A stretch of DNA of 29,281 bases from an uncultured virus (IMG/VR IMGVR_UViG_3300035445_000156) (IMGVR_UViG_3300035445_000156:62001-91281); one strand, 5' to 3'. Numbered from the stretch's first letter, positions 8,305 to 17,615 are shown. Notes: a model not told the origin generated them from the sequence alone. Numbers and translations are program-made.

Positions 8305-9599
8305 CCCTCGCCTCCCTCTTTGCCGCGCACGACGTTCGGCAGGAAGACGTTGCAGCCGCGGCGGGTGTAGACCCGCGCCTCTTCGACCGCATCGACGCCG
8401 GCCTGCAGCCGATCCCCGCCGACGTCGCCGCGTCGGTCGCCCTGTCCCTCTCCGTCTCCCCCGCCGAGGTCTACCGGGAGGCCGGCGAGTGGACGCTCGA
8501 CGTGTCCGCCGCCTCCAAGAGGCCGGTGCCGGTCGACCCCGACCTCTACGGCGGGCGGGTCGACTACGCGCCGCTCTCCCCGCTGTCGACCGCGCCGATC
8601 GTCCCCCCGCCCGCTCCCCCGTCGGGCTGGGTCGTCTACGACCGGGCCGTCAACGACAGCGTGCTCGTGCGGTTCCACCGCGACTCGGGCGCGCTCCTGT
8701 CCGCGACGCCGCTCTCCGGGGTCCTGATCGGCGCGCGCTCCGTGCTCGACCTGGCGGCCGGCGGCGGGGAGCTCTTCGCGGTCGCCTCCGCGGGCAACGG
8801 GGCGGCCTATCGGGTCGACGCGAAGACGGCGGCGGTCGAGGCGCGGAGCGCGCTCTCCTACGCTGGCGCGCGGGCGATCGAGCACGAGCCGGTCACCGGC
8901 ACGCTCTGGGTCGCGGACACGGCGGCCGAGCGGCTGCGTCGGCTCAGGCTCGACGACATGGAGCCGGCCGCGAGCCTGACGCTCACCGACTCGGGGACGG
9001 ACTACGACCCGGCCGACCTCGTCGCGCTCGGGGGCTACCTCTACGTGCTCGCGACCGACCCGAGCGGGGACGCCTTCGTCTGGCAGGTCGACCCGGTGAC
9101 GGACTCGGTCGTCGCGCAGAGCGGGCTCCTGCCGGACGCGGCGTGCCTCGCGGCGAGCACGGCGGAGCAGACCGGCGCGCCGTTCCTGTGGGTCGTCACG
9201 TCGACCTCGATCGTCCACCGCCTCGACCCGACGACGCTCGCGGGCGGGAACGCGTCGATCCCGGGCGCGCCGCTGGAGAACCCGTCGGCCGTCGTGTTCT
9301 TCTCCTCGCGCCTGTGGGTCTCGGAGCGGACGGTCGTCGGGGACGACCCGAAGTGGTCCGCCGTCGAGCTCGCCGGCTTCACGGTCACCGCGACCCAGAC
9401 CTACCCCGCGAGCCCCGTGACCGGGCTAGGGCGCATGGCGACCGACGGCGTGTTCGCGTGGGCGCCGCACGCGGGGAGCCTGCTCGTCCCCGACGGCCTG
9501 GAACGGCTCAACCCGAACGACTACGCGAGCGTGCTCTCCGCGCGGCCGGCGTCCCCCGCTGACGCGGCGCGCGTCCCGTCGGCGATGCTCTTCCTCTGA
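8301..9599 (+). CDS. XRE-like HTH fused to a beta-propeller-like domain
   Basis: GTG 8301 is coupled to the upstream stop. The N-terminus VRQEDVAAAAGVDPRLFDRIDAG is HTH-like; repeated blade-like units follow (AYRVD, LWVAD, VWQVDP, LWVV...VHRLDP, LWVSE). Confidence 0.6.
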   Translation: MTLASLFAAHDVRQEDVAAAAGVDPRLFDRIDAGLQPIPADVAASVALSLSVSPAEVYREAGEWTLDVSAASKRPVPVDPDLYGGRVDYAPLSPLSTAPIVPPPAPPSGWVVYDRAVNDSVLVRFHRDSGALLSATPLSGVLIGARSVLDLAAGGGELFAVASAGNGAAYRVDAKTAAVEARSALSYAGARAIEHEPVTGTLWVADTAAERLRRLRLDDMEPAASLTLTDSGTDYDPADLVALGGYLYVLATDPSGDAFVWQVDPVTDSVVAQSGLLPDAACLAASTAEQTGAPFLWVVTSTSIVHRLDPTTLAGGNASIPGAPLENPSAVVFFSSRLWVSERTVVGDDPKWSAVELAGFTVTATQTYPASPVTGLGRMATDGVFAWAPHAGSLLVPDGLERLNPNDYASVLSARPASPADAARVPSAMLFL

Positions 9600-9617
9600 G
9601 CGAATAGTCTTCCCCGC

Positions 9618-9953
9618 ATGCCCGACCCGACGCGAGTTCCCGCCGGCGCGCTCACCCCGATCGAGCTCGTCTACGTGCTCCGGAGCGAGACGGTCGACCT
9701 GAGCAAGGCGACGAGCGCGCGGTTCGTGCTGCGCCGGAACCGCGGGCAGGCGGCAGACGAGTCATGGACCGCGACGATCCGGAGCAAGTCGCCGCGGTGC
9801 CTCACGCTCGCGCGCCCGTTCGAGGCGGGCGACGTGCCGGTGCCGGACGACATCGTGTTCGAGCCGCGCGTCCTGACCTCGCTCGGGCCCGGCGAGGTCG
9901 TCGGCCGGACCCGGACGCTCGTCGTCTTCGATCACCCCGCGGTGCATCGGTGA
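9618..9953 (+). CDS. small beta-sandwich protein, BppU-N-like
   Basis: TAGTCT-N7 before the ATG; VDLSKATSARFVLR and FEAGDVPVP resemble phage baseplate-upper N-terminal domains. Confidence 0.45.
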   Translation: MPDPTRVPAGALTPIELVYVLRSETVDLSKATSARFVLRRNRGQAADESWTATIRSKSPRCLTLARPFEAGDVPVPDDIVFEPRVLTSLGPGEVVGRTRTLVVFDHPAVHR

Positions 9954-9962
9954 TTCGTGTTT

Positions 9963-10051
9963 GAGGGTGAGGCGTCCGAGTCGCCCGCATTCGATGGCGA
10001 GGTCATCGAGCCGGTCTCGGAGGGCGAGGCGTCCGAGTCGCCCTCCTTCGA
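9963..10051 (+). repeat. imperfect 32-bp direct repeat with 57-bp period (EGEASESPxFD twice)
   Basis: 9963-9994 versus 10020-10051, three mismatches. Confidence 0.85.
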
Positions 10052-10084
10052 CTCGGCATGATTCGCCCGCGAAGGGAGCAGATA

Positions 10085-10672
10085 ATGCAGACGAAGAGAG
10101 TCGTCGTGTGGGACCCGAGTCTCGGCCCGGAACGACTGCCGGACGGCTACGTGGTCCAGGGGCCGCGCGCCGCGCTCGCCCTGGAGAGCCGGGGGATCGT
10201 CCTCCTCCCCGCGGACGCGGAGCTGCTCGACCGGCCGCCGAACGGGATCTCCGGCTGGGCGAAGCGGTCCTTCGGCGCGGGCCTGCCGACCGGCAACGAC
10301 GGCGCGAGCGTGATCGGCCGGAGGTTTGCCCCGGTCACCTTCTGGGTTGACCGGGACCGCGGCAGCCTGCTGCACTGGGCAGTCCGGGTCGTCGTCGCGC
10401 TGCGGAGATCAGGCAGCGCCGACGAGCTGAGCGGGACCTTCCGGCTCTCCGCCGACCCGGGGCAGGCGGGCTGCGCGGCGGGCGGGCTCGGGTCGGAGGG
10501 CGCGTCGGTCGACGTCGCCGCGCTCGGCCCGGCGGACCGGTGGGGCGGCTGGACGGTCGCCGGCAGGCAGTCGCTCGCGTCGTTCTCGGGCGGCCTGTTC
10601 GGGCTCTCCCTCTACGGGACGGCTCGCGGGATCGCGGTCGCGTGGGTCGCCGTCTCGCAGGCGCGCGAGTGA
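10085..10672 (+). CDS. hypothetical protein, possibly structural
   Basis: ATG 10085 is preceded by the SD-like GAAGGGAG. Confidence 0.6.
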   Translation: MQTKRVVVWDPSLGPERLPDGYVVQGPRAALALESRGIVLLPADAELLDRPPNGISGWAKRSFGAGLPTGNDGASVIGRRFAPVTFWVDRDRGSLLHWAVRVVVALRRSGSADELSGTFRLSADPGQAGCAAGGLGSEGASVDVAALGPADRWGGWTVAGRQSLASFSGGLFGLSLYGTARGIAVAWVAVSQARE

Positions 10673-10694
10673 TTCTCGGGGCATCCTGTCCCCC

Positions 10695-11357
10695 ATGACG
10701 ATCAAGATCGAAGAGGCGGGACGGCAGGCGCGCCGCGAGGCGTTCGCCGCCCTATTGCTGTGGTGCGCGGGTCTCGCCGCCTATGCTGGCTGCGGCCCGG
10801 GCGCCGGAGCTCAGGTCGACGGGCCGACCGACCCGCCGCCGTCGAACCCGACCGGGTTCGGGACCGCGGACTGCGTCCCGTACACGTGCGAGTACTTGCG
10901 CGCGGCTTGCGGCAGGCCGGGCGACGGCTGCGGGGGCGAGCCGCTCGACTGCGGCGAGTGCCCCGCCGGCTCCGCCTGCGAGCACCCGCCGGACCTGGGC
11001 GCCGCGTTCTCGGCCGGCGAGTCGCTCGCTTGGTGTTCGCCGGGCACGAGCGCCGCGTCCCTCGTCGGTCCGCCAGACGTTCGTCTCTCCGACTGGTGCG
11101 CGGACAACGGCGTCGAGTGCGGCCCGGTCATCGACGCGCAGGGCGACGTGACCGACTGCGGGGCGTGCGCCCCGGGCTTCGCCTGCGGCAACTGGCCCGG
11201 CCGCTGCTGCGGCGAGCGCTCGGCGGCGGAGAGCGCGGTCGCGTGCGCGGACTCGTCCCTGCCGCGGCTCATCTCGTGGTGCTACGCGCAGCCGGAACCC
11301 GGCTGCGTCGAGACCCCCCTGCCCGGCGACAGCATCGGCGCGTGGTGCTGTCCCTGA
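10695..11357 (+). CDS. Cys-rich putative lipoprotein of myxobacterial type
   Basis: Signal-like hydrophobic stretch with lipobox-like YAGC; repeated CG...D..G...DCG.C..G.AC units. Confidence 0.7.
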   Translation: MTIKIEEAGRQARREAFAALLLWCAGLAAYAGCGPGAGAQVDGPTDPPPSNPTGFGTADCVPYTCEYLRAACGRPGDGCGGEPLDCGECPAGSACEHPPDLGAAFSAGESLAWCSPGTSAASLVGPPDVRLSDWCADNGVECGPVIDAQGDVTDCGACAPGFACGNWPGRCCGERSAAESAVACADSSLPRLISWCYAQPEPGCVETPLPGDSIGAWCCP

Positions 11358-11376
11358 GCGGGCTAGCCTCGCGGGC

Positions 11377-11709
11377 ATGCTCGTCAACAGACTGATTTCC
11401 GGCTCGGCCGCTCTCCTGCGATGGGCGGCCGAGGTCCTGGAGAGCCGGATCGGAGATAACACCGGTGTTATCTCCGGGACAAGCCAGGAAGCGGAGAACG
11501 ACTACGTCCCCGCGCAGGACCCGGTGACGCCCGAGGCCCGCGCGCTGCTGCGCGGCGAGTGCGCGCACGGGATGACGAAGGACTGCGCGACGTGCTCGTA
11601 CGAGGGGAAGCACGGGCCGGGCGCCCAGTCCCCGCCGCCCCCTGACGACGCGGTCCCGGCAGACAGGTACTTCTCCGCGAAGCCGGCCCGCAGGGTGTTC
11701 CGGCCGTGA
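11377..11709 (+). CDS. hypothetical protein with CxHG...CxxC motif
   Basis: TAGCCT-N7 before the ATG; the stop overlaps the portal start. Confidence 0.6.
   Translation: MLVNRLISGSAALLRWAAEVLESRIGDNTGVISGTSQEAENDYVPAQDPVTPEARALLRGECAHGMTKDCATCSYEGKHGPGAQSPPPPDDAVPADRYFSAKPARRVFRP
11453..11485 (+). repeat. 33-bp palindromic dispersed element, copy 3
   Basis: The palindrome is intact and extends to 26 bp (11451-11476); the tail variant is CGGGACAAGCC; read as DNTGVISGTS. Confidence 0.95.
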
Positions 11710-13517
11710 GCGCCCTCGCGCGCGTCCTGTCGGTCGTCGCTCCCGGGCCCGCGATGGGCGCCGCGAGGGCGGGCCCCTCCCCGACGTTCCCGCGCGGCGC
11801 GACGGTCCTCCCCTCCTCGTTCGGCGTGGACCCGGCGATGCTCGGGCAGGGCTTCCGCGCGGCCGAGTTCTTCCACTCGCCGCGATCGAAGGAGCTCGCG
11901 TTCCGGGAGTCCTTCTTCCGGTGCGAGCAGCACGACCGGAAGATCTACGACTTCGACGGGCGCGTGATCCGGCCCGGGTCGCTCTCGACGCAGCCGTTCA
12001 TCGGCAAGAGCCTGCCGACCTTCTACGTCCCGCTCGACGACCGGCGCCCCTCCGACCCGCAGCGGCTCGCCCGGAAGATCACGCGCGACTTCACCGCGAT
12101 GCTCTACGGCGAGGGCACGGCCCCGCGCGTCGTCGTGCGCGGCGACCCGAAGACGGAGGACTTCGCGCTCGCGCTCGCGGAGGCGCAGGGGCTGACGAGC
12201 GTCATGGCGCGCGCGCGGAACATCGGCGGCGCGACGGGCACGGCGGTCGTCTCGTGGCGCTTCGTCGCCGGCAGGCCGCAGGCGACGCCGCACCGGCCGC
12301 AGTTCGTGCACGTGCACGAGTGGGAGGACCGGGGCCGGCACGTCGTCCGGCACGCGACGCAGCTCTACCAGGTAAGCCGCGCGGTGTGCGACCCGGGCGG
12401 CGGCAAGCCCCGGGCGGCGCTCTTCTGGTACCGGCGCGACTGGACGCCGGAGGCCGACGTCTTCTTCTACGAGGCGCCGGTCGGGAAGGACGACCCGCTC
12501 TGGGTGGTCGACGAGGAGCAGACGCACGAGCACGGCGACGGCTTCGCGCACCTGGTCTGGGTGCCGAACGTCGCGGACACGGACGAGACGGCCGTCGACG
12601 GGCTGCCCGACTACGACGGGCTCTACGAGAACCTGCTCTCGCTCGACAAGGTCGCGAGCGTCACGACGCGCGGCGCGACGGTGAACCTCGACCCGACGCT
12701 CAAGCTCCGGATGGACCCGGAGGTGGTCCAGCGCTTCGGGGTGAAGAAGGGCAGCGACAACGCGATCGTCACGGGCAAGGACGGGGACGCCGACTACATG
12801 GAGCTGTCGGGCTCGTCGATCGAGGTCGGGCACCGGCTCACCGCCGAGCGCCGGCAGCACGCCCTGGAGATCTCCGGCTGCGTCTCGCCGGACCCGAACG
12901 TCGTCGCGGCCGCCGGCACGAGCGGCCTGGCGATCCGGCTCCTCTACCGGCCGATGACGAGCGCCTGCAACGACATGCGCGTCGCGTACGGCGCGGGGCA
13001 GGTGCGCCTGCTCGAGCAGCAGCTCGCGAGCGCGCGGCGGGTCTACGGCAGGCGGGGCGCGGAGGTGGACGACGAGGGGCGGCTCCGGCCGGCGCGCGAG
13101 TTCGTCGACCTGCCCTACCGCGTCGACACGGAGGACGTGCTCGACCCGGAGACGGGCGAGCCGACGGGCGAGACGACGACCACGCTCGTCGAACGCGAGC
13201 CGGGAGAGGGCGGGCAGGTCGCGCTCGTGTGGCCCGACTACTTCGAGCGGACGCCCGCGGAGAAGCAGGTCGAGCTCGCCGCGATCCAGGCGGCGGCCGG
13301 CGGCAAGGCGCTGATCAGCCACGAGACGGCGGTCGAGATGGCCTGCGACGTGCTCGGGGTCGACCCGAAGCGCGAGTGGGGGCGGGTCGTCGAGGAGCAG
13401 CGGCGCGCGAGTGAGCGAGAGGCAGAGATGACCCCCGGGATCGGCGGGGGAGTGTCGGCGGAGGACGAGCTGCCGCTCGGAGCGGAACCGGACGCGCCCG
13501 CATCATCGGGCGCATGA
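11706..13517 (+). CDS. portal protein
   Basis: 603 aa, located upstream of the minor head and capsid genes; SPP1-like portal features (HEHGDGFAHLVWVPN, TSGLAIRLLYRP, VALVWPDYF, ISHETAVE, acidic tail). Confidence 0.85.
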   Translation: MSALARVLSVVAPGPAMGAARAGPSPTFPRGATVLPSSFGVDPAMLGQGFRAAEFFHSPRSKELAFRESFFRCEQHDRKIYDFDGRVIRPGSLSTQPFIGKSLPTFYVPLDDRRPSDPQRLARKITRDFTAMLYGEGTAPRVVVRGDPKTEDFALALAEAQGLTSVMARARNIGGATGTAVVSWRFVAGRPQATPHRPQFVHVHEWEDRGRHVVRHATQLYQVSRAVCDPGGGKPRAALFWYRRDWTPEADVFFYEAPVGKDDPLWVVDEEQTHEHGDGFAHLVWVPNVADTDETAVDGLPDYDGLYENLLSLDKVASVTTRGATVNLDPTLKLRMDPEVVQRFGVKKGSDNAIVTGKDGDADYMELSGSSIEVGHRLTAERRQHALEISGCVSPDPNVVAAAGTSGLAIRLLYRPMTSACNDMRVAYGAGQVRLLEQQLASARRVYGRRGAEVDDEGRLRPAREFVDLPYRVDTEDVLDPETGEPTGETTTTLVEREPGEGGQVALVWPDYFERTPAEKQVELAAIQAAAGGKALISHETAVEMACDVLGVDPKREWGRVVEEQRRASEREAEMTPGIGGGVSAEDELPLGAEPDAPASSGA

Positions 13518-13795
13518 ACGGGACGACATCGATCGACGAAGCATCGCCCCCCGCGGTCGGGATTAAACTCAGGGAATCCGCGCTCTTCCTGAGCGACGCG
13601 CAGCACAGGCGGGCGAGAGCCGCGTTCCGACGCTTCTGGGTCGAGAGCGGGTCGCAGACAAACGCCGCGCGACTGCTCGGCGTCTCGCAGCAGCAGTTCT
13701 CGGCCGTCTTCACGGGACGGGTGAGCCTCGGGATGGTCGCCCTCCTGTCGGTGCGGCTCGGCGTCCTCGTGCGGGACATCATCAGCGATCGATGA
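13514..13795 (+). CDS. XRE/Cro-like helix-turn-helix protein
   Basis: SQTNAARLLGVSQQQFSAVFTG motif; CATCAT-N7 before the ATG. Confidence 0.75.
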   Translation: MNGTTSIDEASPPAVGIKLRESALFLSDAQHRRARAAFRRFWVESGSQTNAARLLGVSQQQFSAVFTGRVSLGMVALLSVRLGVLVRDIISDR

Positions 13796-14190
13796 AGCTC
13801 GTCGTCGTCGAGAGCCCGTACGCGGGCGATACGCCGGAGCAGGTCGAGCGGCACGTCGAGTACGCCCGGGAGGCGATGACCGACTCGTTCCTGCGCGGCG
13901 AGGCGCCGTTCCTGAGTCACCTGCTCTACCCGCGGGTGCTCGACGACTCGAACCCGAAGCAGCGCGAGGCGGGGATCGCGGCCGGGCTCGCGTGGGGCGA
14001 CCGGGCCGAGCTGCGCGTCGTCTACTGCGACCTCGGGGTCTCGTCGGGGATGAAGCGAGGGATCGATCGGGCGCGGCAGATCGGACAGCCCGTCGAATAC
14101 CGGAGTACCCGGGGAAACGACTACGTCGCGATCGACGAGGCGGAGAACGAACTGCTGCGCGTCATCGAGGCGCCAGACTCGTCCGGGTGA
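13792..14190 (+). CDS. nucleoside 2-deoxyribosyltransferase-like (DUF4406-like) phage protein
   Basis: VVESPYAG...APFLSHLLYP..LDD....R..GI..G..W...VY.DLGVSSGM pattern. Confidence 0.7.
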   Translation: MKLVVVESPYAGDTPEQVERHVEYAREAMTDSFLRGEAPFLSHLLYPRVLDDSNPKQREAGIAAGLAWGDRAELRVVYCDLGVSSGMKRGIDRARQIGQPVEYRSTRGNDYVAIDEAENELLRVIEAPDSSG

Positions 14191-15182
14191 AGCGACCGTC
14201 GCCCGCCGATGTCCTGAAGACGAACCAGAAGCGCGCGCTCGCGCTGGCGGAGAGGACCGGGCCCGCCCGCGTCCGGCGGATGCTCCTCCGCGCGCAGGCC
14301 GACCTCGTGCGTCGGCTGCGGGAGACCGAGGGGCTTGCCGCGCCGGGGGAGGAGCCCTTCACGCAGGCGCGGCTCCGGGTCACGCTCGAGCAGGTCCGCG
14401 CCGTGCTGCGCGACCTGCTGCCGGGAATGCGCGGGGCGATCGTCGACGCCTCCCGCGAGGCGGCCGAGCGCCGCGCGCAGGACACGCTCCGGTACCTGAA
14501 CCGGGCAGAGAAGCGCTTCACGGGGATCGCGGGGCCGCTGCCGATCGACGAGGCGGGGATGCTCGACGCGGCGGCGCGGGGGACCGAGGCGAGCGTGCTC
14601 CGCCGGATCGCCTCCGACCCGGCGCACCCGGGCAGGCCGGGCGTGCTCGACCGGTACGGGGAGAGCGTGGTCGGGGACTTCGAGGAGCGACTGCAGACCC
14701 GGTTCCTCGCGCGGCAGTCGTGGGGCGAGGTGCGGGACGCGGTCGTCGGCGCGAGCGACTTCCTGCAGGCGAAACCCGCGCACTGGGCGGAGCGGATCGT
14801 CCGGACCGAGCTCATGGGCGCGCAGAATCGGGCCGGGTGGGAGTCGATCCGGTTCGCGCAACGCGAGCTCGGGGACGTCGTGAAGGTCGTCTCGTGCGTC
14901 TTCGACTCGCGGACGGGCGCGGACAGCTACGCGGTGCACGGGCAGATACGCCGACCGGAGGAGGCGTTCGCGTCCTGGTTCGGGCTGTTCCAGCACCCGC
15001 CCGACCGGCCGAACGACCGGGGGGTCGTCGTGCCGCACCGGGTCGCGTGGCCGATTCCGCCCGAGCTCCAGCCGAGGAGCGACGGGGAGGTCGCCACGCG
15101 CTGGTCGGCCGAGGGCCGGAAGGGGAGCCCGCCCGCGCGGCCGAAGATGACGACCGTCGACCGGCGCATCTTCGGGAAATGA
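14187..15182 (+). CDS. minor head/head morphogenesis protein (Mu gpF/SPP1 gp7-like)
   Basis: AERIVRTE, DSRT...VHGQ and HPPDRPNDR motifs; GTG 14187 is coupled to the upstream stop. Confidence 0.85.
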   Translation: MKRPSPADVLKTNQKRALALAERTGPARVRRMLLRAQADLVRRLRETEGLAAPGEEPFTQARLRVTLEQVRAVLRDLLPGMRGAIVDASREAAERRAQDTLRYLNRAEKRFTGIAGPLPIDEAGMLDAAARGTEASVLRRIASDPAHPGRPGVLDRYGESVVGDFEERLQTRFLARQSWGEVRDAVVGASDFLQAKPAHWAERIVRTELMGAQNRAGWESIRFAQRELGDVVKVVSCVFDSRTGADSYAVHGQIRRPEEAFASWFGLFQHPPDRPNDRGVVVPHRVAWPIPPELQPRSDGEVATRWSAEGRKGSPPARPKMTTVDRRIFGK

Positions 15183-15285
15183 ACACGCGACTGTCGACGG
15201 GTCAGAAGCCACGCACTTGTGAGACAAACGATCTCGTGTTGCGGTCACCGTCGCCGACTACGCATCATCGGCGCCGGAGGGCGAG

Positions 15286-15765
15286 ATGGTCAACGAGGTC
15301 AACAGGGTCAACAAGGTTCTATGTCGTGTCGTGTCTGTCGGGTACGAACTCGAGCCCGGGCAGGCGCGGTTCGATAACGACGGCGACGAGCACCTCTATC
15401 GGGTGCGACTCCTCGCGGACGCGGACGACCCCGAGGGCGCGGACGTCTCGATCCTCATCGGGGAGGAGTCGTTGCCCGCGTTTCCGCTGGGTGGGCGCGT
15501 TTGCGTGACGGTCGAGCCGCTCGACGAGGCGAATCCGGTCGAGCGGGAGAAGGTCAAGTTCCGTCGCGCGAGAGAGGAAGCGGACGAGCGGGAATCCGCC
15601 CGCGTCGACGCCGCCTATAAGGCATGGCGCGAGATCGGCCGGCCGCCCGGGGGTCCCGAGGCACGCGATCTGCTCGGGCTCCTGCGCGACCCGGAGAACG
15701 AGGTGCTCCTCCTCTCCGCGTTTCACCTGGCCGAGGAGACGGCGGGCGGCAGGCCGATCGGCTGA
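15286..15765 (+). CDS. hypothetical protein
   Basis: CATCAT at 15263 and SD GGAGG before the ATG. Confidence 0.6.
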   Translation: MVNEVNRVNKVLCRVVSVGYELEPGQARFDNDGDEHLYRVRLLADADDPEGADVSILIGEESLPAFPLGGRVCVTVEPLDEANPVEREKVKFRRAREEADERESARVDAAYKAWREIGRPPGGPEARDLLGLLRDPENEVLLLSAFHLAEETAGGRPIG

Positions 15766-15771
15766 ATTCCG

Positions 15772-16548
15772 ATGCGCGTCCGGGAGGAGAAGACGCGGGA
15801 GGAGATCCTTGCGGAAGTGATCGACCGCTGCTCGCGTCCTCGCGAGGGCGTGACGTGCGCCCGGTGCGGGCAGAAGACGGCGACGATCTACCCGTGGCCC
15901 GAGCCGACCGGCACGTGCGTCTGCCCGTGCGTGACGCCCGCGTGGTTCATTGACTTCGTCAAGTTCTCGTCCGACCCGGCACGGATGGCCGAGGAGAGGG
16001 CGCGCAAGAAGGCTGAGCGGAGACGGAGACCGATAGGCAAGGAGGCACTCGCGATCTCCGTCACCGCCGGGACCCGCACGCCGAAGATGACTCGGTCGAG
16101 CTCTGACGGTCGACTTCGGGCTGCCGCGATGGATGCGCCAAGCATCCGACTTCACCCGCCGGAAGAGCCGACGTTGCCGGCGCCGCTCGGCGCGTTCACG
16201 AGTCCGGGCGGTCGCGCGTTCGATGTCTCGCCGGGCACGCGCTCGGAGCGGTGGGCGGGCGATTCGCTCTGGTCGGAGTGCTGGCCTATCTGTCACGGCG
16301 GCGTCGTTGCCGGCAAGCTCTTCCGGGACCTCAATTACGGCAAGACGTCGGCCGGGGAACCGCGCTGGCACGCGACGATCCGTGAGCTGTACTGGGACAC
16401 GGCGAACGGTCTCGGCAGGCTCGACCTCGGGCGGGGTATCGGCTACGACGTAGCCGCGTTCGACACGGCCGGGGAAGCGGTCGCGGCGTGGGCCCGCAGC
16501 GCGGACCAGATCCTCGACCGGGCCGAGAGCCTCGTCGCGCCGGGCTGA
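15772..16548 (+). CDS. hypothetical protein with N-terminal Cys cluster
   Basis: 258 aa with CARC...CVCPC; appears to have two modules. Confidence 0.6.
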   Translation: MRVREEKTREEILAEVIDRCSRPREGVTCARCGQKTATIYPWPEPTGTCVCPCVTPAWFIDFVKFSSDPARMAEERARKKAERRRRPIGKEALAISVTAGTRTPKMTRSSSDGRLRAAAMDAPSIRLHPPEEPTLPAPLGAFTSPGGRAFDVSPGTRSERWAGDSLWSECWPICHGGVVAGKLFRDLNYGKTSAGEPRWHATIRELYWDTANGLGRLDLGRGIGYDVAAFDTAGEAVAAWARSADQILDRAESLVAPG

Positions 16549-16582
16549 CAGACTCCCGCGACACGACCCCGGGAGAGGTCAG

Positions 16583-16615
16583 GAAGCGCTCGGTGTGGCC
16601 AGCACCGGGCGCTTC
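16583..16615. terminator. stem-loop between convergent genes
   Basis: GAAGCGCTCGGTG-N7-CACCGGGCGCTTC, a 13-bp stem with one G-U pair. Confidence 0.6.
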
Positions 16616-16620
16616 GGCTT

Positions 16621-17202
16621 TCATGCCGCGGTCCGAACTAGGTGCGGGTTCAGTGCCCGCAGTTGAACCATGAACGCCGGGTCAGGCTCCGTGAGGTGGT
16701 AGCAGCCGCCGATCAGATGGCCCCACTCTCCTGGCTTGCTGCGTGGGGTGAGCTCCGTCGCTTGTGCCAGCGGCCCGCAAACCATGTGCGTGACGGTCCC
16801 GGGCTCGACTGCATCGACCGTGTGAAATACATCGGCAGGCAGCTTGTATGTCGTGCCCGCGCCATAAGTCACGACCTCTCGCGACCACTCGAGCGCCAAC
16901 CAGCCGAAACGCCAGAGCGTCATCGTCAGAGCGCCGGCCAGGATCGTGCTCTCGAAGTCCCAAGGGTGGTTATGCGGGTGGCGCCTCGGGTCCGGCCCGT
17001 GCCACCAGTTGATCTTCTCTGTGCGCCCAGGCGATCGGAAGATGACGAGCTCTGTCTTGTAGGCGCCGCCGTGTCCGTCTGGGATGTGCAGCGGGGGCGC
17101 GGTCAGATGTGCATGGGCCAACGCGAGCCCGGCAGTCGTTTTCCGCTCGGGCGTCTCCGTCACCTCGTACACACCGCCGCCGATATGCTTCTCTTCCCTC
17201 AT
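16621..17202 (-). CDS. cupin-fold protein
   Basis: HPHNHPWDFESTILAG and YKLPADVFHTV cupin-type motifs; ATG 17202 overlaps the upstream stop. Confidence 0.7.
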   Translation of the reverse strand: MREEKHIGGGVYEVTETPERKTTAGLALAHAHLTAPPLHIPDGHGGAYKTELVIFRSPGRTEKINWWHGPDPRRHPHNHPWDFESTILAGALTMTLWRFGWLALEWSREVVTYGAGTTYKLPADVFHTVDAVEPGTVTHMVCGPLAQATELTPRSKPGEWGHLIGGCYHLTEPDPAFMVQLRALNPHLVRTAA

Positions 17203-17615
17203 GCCGCATTCTCCTTGCCGCAGCTCTCGTCCTCGCAGCCCCATGCGCCGCACCGCTTGCAGACATCCGGATCTTCCGGAGCCTTGCAGCGGCAGCATGC
17301 TTTGCCGTCCCACCAGCAGGAGCAGTGCCCGTCATCATCGGCTGGGCAGACCTGCATTGCCTCAAATTCGGCCTCGGTTCTCTCGGTCGTCATTCGCCCT
17401 TCCTCCAATCGGCGGTGAGTTCGTACGTCGTGCCCGCGCCATAAGTCACGACCTCTCGCGACCACTCGAGCGCCAACCAGCCGAAACGCCAGAGCGTCAT
17501 CGTCAGAGCGCCGGCCAGGATCGTGCTCTCGAAGTCCCAAGGGTGGTTATGCGGGTGGCGCCTCGGGTCCGGCCCGTGCCACCAGTTGATCTTCTCTGTG
17601 CGCCCAGGCGATCGG
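16850..17615 (+). repeat. exact 189-bp direct duplication (16850-17038 and 17427-17615)
   Basis: Aligned by eye over the full length. Confidence 0.93.
17199..17393 (-). CDS. small Cys-rich protein
   Basis: 64 aa with 10 Cys; strong SD GGAGG upstream. Confidence 0.6.
   Translation of the reverse strand: MTTERTEAEFEAMQVCPADDDGHCSCWWDGKACCRCKAPEDPDVCKRCGAWGCEDESCGKENAA

Noticed and set aside
15219..15242. GAGACAAACGATCTCGTGTTG as a sixth element copy
   Set aside because: Only GACAAAC matches and the palindrome is absent.
16850..17615. 189-bp duplication as a DGR template/variable repeat pair
   Set aside because: The copies are identical with no adenine-specific differences, and no reverse transcriptase is present in the window.
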